Positions 1 through 10,300 of a stretch of DNA of 64,000 nucleotides are shown here, piece by piece (position 1 is the stretch's first letter; every line of letters begins with the position of its first letter). The DNA is from Felis catus. Taxonomy: Eukaryota. The position numbers and the translations under genes are program-made. The DNA lies in the NCBI RefSeq assembly GCF_018350175.1, contig NC_058368.1:154568001-154632000 (forward strand), written 5' to 3'. The notes beneath the pieces were generated by a model, which saw nothing but the letters and a program-made list of their open reading frames with translations, had not been told where the DNA came from and searched no databases.

Positions 1-779
1 AATGAGGCAGTGATTTCAAATGACCCATTTTGGCACATTTTATTTTAAGGATTTAATCCTGTAGCACCTACATAGTCTTGGCTAAAGTTAATAAAACTTA
101 TCTTATAAGCTCAAGAGTTCTGCTCACAAAACACTTTCTTCTAGATGTGTTCAAAAATTGAGGTTTTAGTTTTAACTGAGGTCGTATGCAGGCAATGAAG
201 ACTAACAAGGGAAACTTCCTTTTTTTTTTTAATTTGGGTAAAAAGATATCATTATGCCTTAGGAAGTATTATATTTTTGTAATCATCTGCAATGCTCATT
301 AGTCTTATTATATCTGAAGCACTTGTATTTGTTGAAATAGAAGCAGCTGAGATAAAAGAAATTTGAAAGTGAAATCATTACACATTTGAATCAGTGCCTT
401 TTTCAAACTGGAAGCCTGCTCTATTACTCTTAATGAGCTGATGCCCCAAACACTGAAAATGGATTCATATTTCTTAACCTCTTTTGAATCTCAGTTTAAA
501 GCCATGATGTGCTTTCAGAAGAAAAAAAGAAAAAAAAATGTTCCCTACACTCATTTTTAACGATCTTCTTCATCTTGGCCAACAATAGTTATTTTTCCAA
601 ACTACTTGCCAATAATATTGAACCAGGTCTAAAAATGTGAAATGCACATTGGTTTCAATTCTAGAAGAAAATCTGTTTTTTAGTGTTTTATATATTTCCA
701 GATTAAGTATATGTAATCTAACCCATAAACACCTGTTAGGCATAGGTGTTTAAAACTGAAAATACTGACATGTTCAAAT

Positions 780-1045
780 TAAAAGTTACTATACTAAAAG
801 CATATACAACTAAATACACTGCACACAAATGGATACAAGTGAAATTGGGAAAGCTCGATAAGACTACTGGATAAGTTATAGCAACATTATTATCCTGATT
901 TGGTATGTTATAGTTTATCATTAGCAGGAAGTAGGTAAAGAGTATACAGGATCTCAACTATTTCTTTTAATTTGGGAAAAAGTGGGGATTAATTTGGGAA
1001 AATCACATGTGCATCTATAATTGTCTCAAAAATTTCACTAAAAAA
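780..1045 (+). mobile_element. Old L1M (L1MC/MD-like) 3' UTR terminus
   Basis: Ends ...ggtaaagagtatacaggatctc...cacatgtgcatctataattgtctcaaaa, resembling the recalled L1MC-type 3' end (gggtacacgggatctc...gcatgtgaatctacaattatctcaaaa). Confidence 0.6.
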
Positions 1046-2789
1046 TGAAATGGTTACATCATTATTATTTTATCTACCTACAGCTTCTAATTTTACGTAA
1101 GAGATAGACATAGTAGGTTGTTTTTTTTTTCCAAAAATGCTATAGACATTTTAATAGATAAAATATAAAACATACATCTTAATTTAATATGTTAGGTGTA
1201 CTTAGATAATGAAACTTTCTAAAATAATAAAATATAATCTTAATTTAGAAGGAAAGGGGGAGAGAGAGTTTTGAAAAAAGAAAATTTCCTAGATACATTT
1301 TTACTGCATGTAGTGAAATCATTGTTATAAACCACTGAAAGTTACATGTTGGTGCTGATTTTAAGATAATGCATTCCAGGTCTATATCCTATTTTGTAAA
1401 TCAAAAGAAATAAGGGACATGGAAATGCTTGCACTCTAGATCTAGAGTTGGAGGAAGGCATCACTCTTAATTAAGAAGTACTAAAGTCATACATAGTGCT
1501 GTGAGAAAAGCACAAGATCGGAAGAAATGAAAACATTCATGTTTTAATAGTTTCCTTTTGGCAACCTTAACACTGCTAATTTGTCTTTAATAAATTATGT
1601 CAAAGACTGTCACCTTACAGGGTCAACACACTCATTATTTAAACAATAACACTTTTGCAGTAATAATCTTGGATGTGTTTAGGACAGAACGCCTTTTGTG
1701 GAAGTTATAGTCTAATAAGCTCCACTCAGGTCCCCAGAGCATAGCGTATGCTTCACGGCTAGTTTCTGGAGTGAACAGGGCGATATCACTGAAGTTCCAG
1801 CTGCATTATGTTACACAGCAAACCCACTCCAGAAATGTCAGAATCACACAATCTATTTTGACTGATACAATTACAAGTAACATTAATTCATCTAATATGC
1901 TCATGTAAGCTATAGATCTAAAGAGAAGATTCAGAAGCCATATTATTTCCACGTGTTCTGTGTTTCATCACTAGATTATCGGCAAAATGATGATATGATA
2001 ACTTCTCCTACAGTAAAGACTAATTACCTTTTAATACTAAAACAATGGTTGTATCTATAGTAAATCTACATAGGTTGATATTTTAGTATAGTGTCAGAGA
2101 AATGAACCAAGGAATTGCCTTTGTGGGTGGACATTGAGTCTCTCCAGTTGGAAATAACAATCAGTTTTGTTTTTATGATTTCACATTGTTGTTTACTTCT
2201 ATCTAAGCTTCTTGAGAGATTTCAAAGGATCAGACCACCAAGCCTGGGTACATTTTCCTGGAAAATTCCTGAGGAAAAAAAATTGCAAATCAAGGAAATT
2301 TTATTAATTCTTTGTATTTTGTGTCTGCACTAAGCCAAAACTAAAGGAGAAAATGTGAAAAAAAATTCAAACATCCAACTGCTACTCAAAACCCAATATC
2401 CAGATGTGTTGGAGTTTTGATGTTGTAGTTTGCTGCTACTGAGATTGCCAATGTTTCCAAAAGTCTTATAAAATGTGCATGTTGTTTATTTAATTTTGAT
2501 TTGTTTCTATTGCCTTTTAGAATTTCCAAAAAACTGCTACTAAAATCACTATTTTGAAGAGAAAAAAAAAAGACTAATATTTCTCATTTTAAGTAACTAT
2601 TTAGCATCTTACAGATCACATACCTAGATCATTACTTATGTAGACTTTAAAAGAAAATAAATATAACATGGCTGATGGATGATGATATATATTCTGGCAT
2701 GGATGATGATAATATAGAGTAAATGCTAGTAAGTAACTAGATTTAATTTTAACAAGGTCTGAGATGCACTGCAATAGTTAAAATTCCTT

Positions 2790-2965
2790 TTTCTTTTATT
2801 CATTTTTTTACTTTATTTTTTGAGAGAGAGATTGAGAACCCCAAGCAGACTCCACAGTGCCAGCGCAGAGCTCTATGCAGGGTTCAAACTCACAAACTGT
2901 GAGATCATGTCCTGAGCCAAACTCAAGAGACTGATGCCTAATCAAATGAGCCACTCAGGTGCCCT
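2790..2965 (-). mobile_element. CanSINE (SINEC), diverged
   Basis: T-rich tail, (GA)n, then gagatcatgtcctgagcc...gagccactcaggtgccc, the reverse complement of the tRNA-derived head. Confidence 0.9.
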
Positions 2966-3327
2966 GAAAAACTTAAATTCTTAAGGGTAAATTTTTTCAC
3001 AATATCTGAGAATCTCAATGGAAACAAAAATGCATTTTACGGAAATGAAGGTGGAAAAAATTGTACAAAATACGTACATGTATATTTCTGAATTATGTAA
3101 GTCTCTTAATATTTGTTAAACTATCACCAGTTCAACAACAGACCTAAACACTGGCAATAATGAAACTCTATCATGTTTCCTATTATTCTTATTCCAGTCA
3201 TATAAAAACCTCACAATCATACAATTATTTTATATTTTATTGCTCAAAAGTTATACTTAGCAAGGTAGGAAATTAAAATATATTTTAGGTAGTATTTTGG
3301 TAATTGATCATTTAAAAAATTTAGATA

Positions 3328-4388
3328 TAAAAAGCTTCTGCACTGCAAAGGAAACAATCAACAAAACTAAGAGGCAACCAACAGAATGGGAGAAGAGATT
3401 TGCAAATGACATAGCAGATAAAGGGTTAGTATCCAAAATTTATAAAGAACTTACCAAACTCAACACCCAAAACACAAATAATCCAGTGAAGAAATGGGCA
3501 AAAGACATGAATAGGCATTTTTCCAAAGAACACATCCAGATGGCCAACAGACACATGAAAAGATGCTCAACATCGCTCATCATCAGGGAAATAGAAATCA
3601 AAACCACACTGAGATACCACCACACACCAGTCAGAATGCCTAAAATTAGCAACTCAGGAAACAACAGATGCTGGTGAGGATGAGGAGAAATGGGAACTCT
3701 CTTACCCTGTTGGTGGGAATACAATGCAAACTGATGCAGGTGCTCTGGAAAACAGTGTGGAGGTTCCTCAAAAAATTAACAATAGAACTACCCTATGACC
3801 CAGCAATAGCACTACTAGGAATTTATCCAAAGGATACTGGACTGCTGATTCATAGGGGCACGTGTACCCTGAAGTTTATAGCAGCACTTTCAACAATAGC
3901 CAAATTATGGAACAAGCCCAAATGTCCATCAACTGATGAATGAAAAAAGACGATGTGGTTTATAGATACAATGGAATACTGCTTGACAATGAGAAAGAAT
4001 GAAATCCTGCCATTTGCAACAACATGGATAGAACTGGAGAGTATTATGCTAAGTGAAATAAGTCAGTCAGAGAAGGACAGATATCATATGTTTTCACTCA
4101 GATGTGGAACTTGAGAAACTTAACAGATCATGGGGGAAGAGGAGAGGGAAAAATAGTTTCAAACAGAGAAGGAGGCAAGCCCTCAGAGGCTCTTAAATAC
4201 AGAGAACAAACCGAGGGTTGATGGTGGGCGCAGGCAATGGGTGATGGGCATTGAGGACGGCACCTGTTGGGATGAGCACTGGGTATTGTATGTACACGAT
4301 GAGTCACGAGAATCTACCCCCAAAACCAAGAGTGCACTGTATACACGGTATGTTATCCAACTTGACAATAAATTATATTAAAAAATAT
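3328..4388 (+). mobile_element. 5'-truncated carnivore/felid LINE-1 (ORF2 C-terminus + 3' UTR)
   Basis: ORFs 3297-3677 ([22 protein letters not shown]...[13 protein letters not shown]) and 3668-3943 (ELPYDPAIALLGIYPK...KCPSTDE) are frameshifted L1 ORF2p C-terminus. AATAAA and A-tail at ~4367-4385; possible TSD ttagatata at 3321-3329 and 4392-4400. Confidence 0.95.
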
Positions 4389-4489
4389 ACATTAGATATA
4401 TGAAGTATGGGCCCCTACTGTTACTGCTGCTCCAGGCAACCCTCCTATTAGGTGAGGCTGTCCAGATCTATTCTTTTCTAAAGACATAT

Positions 4490-4745
4490 GCTCACTTCCT
4501 TCAAGAAATTTCCTCACAGCTGTGAGGCAGTTAGGCAGGCTGAGTTACTCCTGCCTTTTCTTCCCCCTGTTTCTATCCCTTTCTTTTATGATGCCTTAGA
4601 AATTTCAATGATCTGTTTATACCTCACACCTCCTGTCTAAATTATCCAGAGGTTAACATTCTCATTTACCTTTAGGATTCTAATGCCCAGTAGCAGTAGG
4701 GCACATATTAGTTGGTCAAGAAAATGTATGTTCAGTTTTTCATAT
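4490..4745 (+). mobile_element. L2 3' end relic
   Basis: Degenerate ...atttacctttaggattctaatgcccagtagcagtagggcacatattagttggtcaagaaaatgtatgtt resembles the L2 terminus. Confidence 0.5.
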
Positions 4746-5019
4746 TGAATTTGCTGCTGAAAAATGTCTATCAGAATGTGAGTCATGCTTCAGGTATTCA
4801 TTTAGTACGTATTAAATGTATTAAGTTGATTCTCTAGCATCCAAATTTCTGGAAAACTCATGAGATTTGATTTTTTATATTTATCAATTCCCGCAAACTA
4901 CCCACATACAGAATAATTAATGTATTCATTTTTTTTTCTTTGCTGAGGCATTGGCATTATTTAGTAGTGATACACGTAAAGACATTTAACAAAACCCATT
5001 TTGGTTTAAGATATGTTTC

Positions 5020-5667
5020 TTGAAAAATGTTTAAGTCCTAATCTCTAGTACCTGTGAATGTGCCCTTATTTGGAAATCAAGTTGTGGCAGATGATGAAGT
5101 TAAGATGACATCATTGGAGATGGCCCTAATCCAATGACTATGTCCTTTTAAAATTTCTTTTAATGTTTGTTTATTTTGAGAGAGAGAGAGAGAGAGAGAG
5201 CGAGCTGGGGAAGCGCAGAGAGAGAGGGAGACACAGAATCTGAAACAGGCTCCAGGCTCGGAGCTGTCAGCACAGAGCCCAAAGTGGGGCTCAAACCCAC
5301 AGACTGAGATCATGACCTAAGCCGTAGTCAGACGCTAAACCGACTGAGCCACCCAGGTGCATCTGACTATGTCCTTTTAAAAGGGGGAAGTTGAATACAC
5401 GTACACACACGGAGAAACTATGTATATATGAATTTCTATCTGGGAGACGCATCTATAAGCTAAGGAATGCCAAAAATTGCCAGAAAACTACCAGAAGCTA
5501 GAGACAGGCATGGCACAGATTCTCCCTGGGAGACCTCAGAAGGAACCAAGTCTGCTGACCCTTTGATCTCAGACCTCCGACCCCCAGAACGGGAAGACAG
5601 GACATTTCTGTTGTGTCAGCATTCAGTTTGTGGTACTTAGTTATGGCAACCCTAGCAGAGTGAGACA
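5020..5667 (+). mobile_element. MaLR LTR (MLT1C-like), split by a CanSINE
   Basis: MLT1 hallmarks: gtacctgtgaatgtgcccttatttggaaat, ccctaatccaatgact, ccagaagctaga, cctcagaaggaacca, cagtttgtggtacttagttatggcaaccctag. Confidence 0.85.
5154..5363 (-). mobile_element. CanSINE (SINEC_Fc-type) inserted in MLT1
   Basis: Full-length; perfect 19-bp TSD tgactatgtccttttaaaa at 5135-5153 and 5364-5382. Confidence 0.97.
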
Positions 5668-6076
5668 TCTATATTCTGTTGCTGAAGAATATTCTCAGAA
5701 CTAATTATTTAGAGACAAGATAGATCATTAGAGTGGCTAAAACGTGTATAGTTTATTTTGAAAGGATTCCTAGAATAAACCAATGGAAACCTGCAAAGGG
5801 AAGAGAAAAGGACAATTTTGGATCAAGACCCTATGCAAAAGCAACCGTCCTCGTGAGAATGAGGCCAGGTGGGTTTTTATGAGAGGTTCAGCCAGACTGG
5901 AGTAACATGAAATAAAGGCAAGGAAAAGGGGACAGAAGATCCTAAAGTTTCTAATTGTGTCCTTTTGTTCTCTCTTCACTGCCCACCATTTGCTTTTTCC
6001 TAACGTGATACCTGCCAGACAGATCATATGGGCGAGCATCTCTGCTTCTAAATTAGACCAGGAGAAAAAGAAAAAG

Positions 6077-6105
6077 GTGTGTGTGTGGGGGGGGGGGGGG
6101 GGGGG
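6077..6105 (+). repeat. (GT)n followed by G19 homopolymer
   Basis: Read directly from the sequence. Confidence 0.9.
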
Positions 6106-6999
6106 AGGAGAGAGATTCCTGGTTTGCTTTCCTGTGAAGATTTAAGATGAAATATAAAGAGCAAGCACACTGATGATAGGAAGGTGAGGCTTGGATTTTA
6201 TATTTTTTAAAAAGGAATTTTTAAAACACGTATCGTGTGTGAAGGCATGTAGCAGGGTACTAATAGTGTAGGCCTTTTAAAAATCAATAATTGGTGTTAG
6301 TAAGAAGACCTGTGCTGACGACCAGCTGTGAAACTGCCCTCATTCCTGCAGTGCAGAAGGGGAAAGGAACCAGCGGATGATTACCAACTCCAAGTATTGC
6401 TTGCAGTCAAAGCTTCATTAAAGAAATTAGTAAAATACCCTTTTTGCCTTAAAATAGGTGTCCCAGTATTGAAAGAAGATCTATATAAAGAGTTCAGAAT
6501 AGAACTGCCGCACACTGTTCAAATCAAGAGTATTTCCCAGTTGGGCTACCGGCCTACATTGTAGAACTTAGTCTTTAGTCAAAAGCTCTTCTTCTCCCAA
6601 TTAAAGAGAAAAAGGTTGAGATGCCCACAGGCCTATGCCGCATGTTTGGTGTGACTTTTAACCCCTCATTCCACCTTCTGAATATGCCTCTTCTTTATAC
6701 CACAACCTGATGTAGGGGCAAAATCAAGTCTCTACTTCAAATTAAGCTGTTGGCATCTCTTTTAGAATTTCTAAAGTCGATGTTGAAATTCACTGTTGGT
6801 CCTTGCTTGTCTCCTATACATGCTGCCTGTGAAAACTTTGTCATTTGTATTCAAATCAAAGGGAGACATTTGTTATTAAATGTTACTAAAACACACGCAA
6901 CCTGTTACATTTCTCACCAGCGTATTCCTGTACATCTGACATTCTACGTGGATTTTTCTGATGGGCAAATGTATATAACCACTGAATAAGGAGTATTAC

Positions 7000-7310
7000 A
7001 TTTTCGGTTTTGACTTTCAGCCACAGCTCACTTGCACACATGACCTTACAAAATCCCTTAAATCTCCAAGAGCCCATTTCTCATTTTCCTCTGTGCTCCC
7101 ATGGAGCCGATCCAATGGTTTTTAGGGGAGCTCTGAGCTTGGCCAAGCCCTGAAGGGCATGGGGCAAGGCAGGAAATGGGCCCCGTTCTCCCTGCTTATT
7201 GTCTTGGAAAATAGGTATGATACTATCAGCCTCACAGGGGTCCCATTGCAATTAATGTTTGGAAAATGTTTTGAAATCCCAGATTTTAAAAAGGAGATGC
7301 CAGTTATTGA
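7000..7310 (+). mobile_element. Ancient MIR/CORE-SINE (MIR1_Amn-like), interrupted by a ~85-bp insert
   Basis: Head-like cacttgcacacatgaccttacaaaatcccttaaatctc (7029-7066), and core/tail aaaataggtatgatact...cctcacagggg...aattaatgtttggaaaatgttttgaaatccc (7208-7280), resembling the amniote MIR tail. Confidence 0.5.
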
Positions 7311-10300
7311 AGCATCCCATTTCCAAACACTAGTCAGATTGTTTTAAGCCACTTTGTCTAAATACATATGATATGGAGGCCATAAGGCTACCTCGAAGTA
7401 TAAATTGACAGGGTGGCTTTATGGTCTTTTTTCAAATTGCCTCAGTAGAATCTCTCTGTGACCTGGAGCATCTAGCTAAACGTTGAATCTGACTTTTGTG
7501 GCGTCATCTCATCACTAAAACACGAAGACGACAAATCCACGGGAAGACTGCTTTGCTTGGTTGATTTTCATTGTAATTTCTACAGTTACCAGAAGGTGAT
7601 GATGCTTCACTCAGTTTCATGTAGCAGACAGACTTGAAGAGGGAAGTCAGACAAACAGTGGAAAATGAAGGACGCAAGAAAAAGAACCCCATCTTCCATT
7701 TTGTGTAGGAAAAAAGTTTTATGCCAATGGCTGCACAGAACATCCTATAAAATATTCATAGCTACAGTCTACATATCCAGCCAATTTGTCCTGTGTATTT
7801 GTGAGTCCATCATCCTGGAGTGGATAACTGAATCCTAGGTGTTTTCCAGCCCAGAGTATCAAAACTGGCATCAGAAATCTTTGAGTATGTAAACAAGATA
7901 GCCACGTTTACAATAGGGCAAACAAATTGAAAACAAATCCGTGTTTACAGCTAAATCTATTGTTTGCATTAATTCTATAACAACTTTCTGAACTATAAAG
8001 GTTTGTGATTTACTTGGTACAAAATCTAATTGAAGAGTTTACTCACGCATGCCATCTATTACATGAAACAGAGAATGCATCCAAGGAATGCCCAGTACAT
8101 GGTGAAAGCTATCTTTGGAGATAGGTCTCTGGATACTTCACTTCTTAGAAATGTTCAAACTAAACTATGTATCTTGCATGCATCCTTGTAATTCATGTTC
8201 TCTTTTTGCTTTGTTTGCAGTTTATTTAATATTTGAAAATACTTTTTGTATCAATTAGCAAATTAGCAGTTTATCTGGGTGGAAAAGCCCCATCTGAGTT
8301 ACAAAGTGAATTGTTCTGCAGCTGCAAAATCAAGTGCCTCAGCTGAGTTAATGCTTTTCATTTCTTTTGCATGTGTCAGCATTAATGGAGGCAAGCTTCT
8401 ATGAAGCCTTGCGTGTGAAGATGGTGCTGAGCAGACTAGATTCAATTCCGTTAAATGCTTTTTGCTTTTTCTTTCGTTCTTTCTTTCTTTTTTTTGGGGG
8501 GGGGCGGTGAGGATAAGGCACAAAAGGAGACTTCAAATCAGGCTGAACTTCAAGCAAAAGTTAATGCTATTCTCTTTTGGGTTCAACCACCCACTTTGCT
8601 TAAGGTCAATAGTTGAGGCTAATGCAGCTCAGAGGGGCTGCAGTAAACTTGGCATCTCCTTGATTAGGCTCCCTGCTGATCTAATACACATACTAGCTCA
8701 CTTGCCAAGTCAAATAACACATTTAGTGAATTGGAAATAAGATTTAAGTGGGCCAGCACAATGCGGCTTGCCCTCTCATCTTTTTACCGAATCCTTCTCT
8801 TTGTACGCAAGGCTGTGAAAACTGCTCTTGTTAGAGGACTTAATCTTCATTTTTTTCCTGTAGATTATTTGGAAACAGGTCAATTGAATGTTGGAGCTGC
8901 TAACTCCTCCCACTAAAGAAAGAACTCGCTTGTGGCATACTGATTGCATCATTTACATGAAAGACTCCTATTATTAAAGAGAAAATACTATAGTATAAGG
9001 GTCTGTTAGAATTAATAAAAAGAAATCCTGATATTAAATGCACCCCTTTTAACAATGTGTTTATTTCTTTGTCTTAGAGACTCTTTTCTAAAGTGTGCTT
9101 TGTATTAACTGCTGGTGAGTAAGAGATGGGGACGATCACATCAGTATATATTCATCTCCCCTGGCTGTTCGGCTGCAGTTAATTCTTAAATACAGTAGGT
9201 TATAATAGGGTGACATTTCTATAGTGCCTTTCATAAGAGCAATCTAAAGCATGTCACATAATGTTTGACTTTGAACTATTCAGTTTCTTAGTGACACAAA
9301 TCTCAGGGTAAATTTATGCCTCTGTGGTTTGTTTCTTTAAAAAAAAATGAGTCATTGTATTTGTTATAGTTTGAAATTTATCATAGATTCACCATAGATT
9401 ATCAAGCTATCCATGCCATAATAATCTGTAACTGTCCTTATCTCCGTGTTAGATGTTCAGGGTTATGATGTGTGTGGACTTTTTATGATCTACTTATCTC
9501 TTCTGGTCATATAGATTTATGTGTATCTCTCTTCTGACTAAATCTGAAATCAGAGCTTGCATTCTGAAGAAATAAAATAGATCTATGTAAAATCCAAGCA
9601 CTATTCTCTGACATCTGAAAGTTAAGAGAAAAAGGATCTTAATGGCCTCCAAAATTGGCATTCAATTTGCCTGTTAACAAAATAAAACTATGTGCAAGAG
9701 ATCGTGTACGAGATGAAATTAAGTATCCCCAATATGATTTGGGGGCTCATAACAGACTACAGGTATCAAGGCCTTGGTTTTATTATCTAAAATTTACGTA
9801 TTTGCAACAGTTGTTTCTGAATGGAAAGGATTTATTAACCTAAGCTAGCTTTGCCATGAGATGTGAAATATATGGTTTATACTGTTTAATCGTTACAATG
9901 CACCCCTCAAAATAAATACCAGATCTCTCTACTGCATACCTTCAGTCCATAAAATAATTGTAAAACAGTTATTAATTAAAATAAGAAACTTATTTAGCAT
10001 TTTCATCTGGACTTTCATTTTTCCAGAGTTTCATAGCATATTATCTATTGTACAGAATTATATAAATATGAAGTCATTGCTATAGTTGTTATCTCCTTCA
10101 GTATATTACACTCTAGCTTTGGCTTTTTTTGAACACCAACAATGTCAAAACTCATCTTTGTTGGCAAAAGCAGTAAAATGGGAAGGATTATAAATTTTAA
10201 GATTACGATTAAGCATAAAATTATTATGAAGAATGAGACAATCCTTAAAGGAATCTGGGTTTTACTTTTTCTATTGCTACACATTATATTGTTTTTGAAT

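Noticed and set aside
967..1002. 14-bp direct repeat ttaatttgggaaaa
   Set aside because: Small local duplication within an L1 relic.
1433..1448. Perfect 16-bp palindrome actctagatctagagt
   Set aside because: Within chance expectation for 64 kb of AT-rich DNA; no recognisable motif.
3297..3943. Longest protein-like ORFs
   Set aside because: Frameshifted L1 ORF2 C-terminus in a 5'-truncated copy; not a gene.
5740..5815. Strong minus-strand acceptor (cttttctcttccctttgcag)
   Set aside because: No convincing downstream donor, and stops occur in all frames within ~85 nt.
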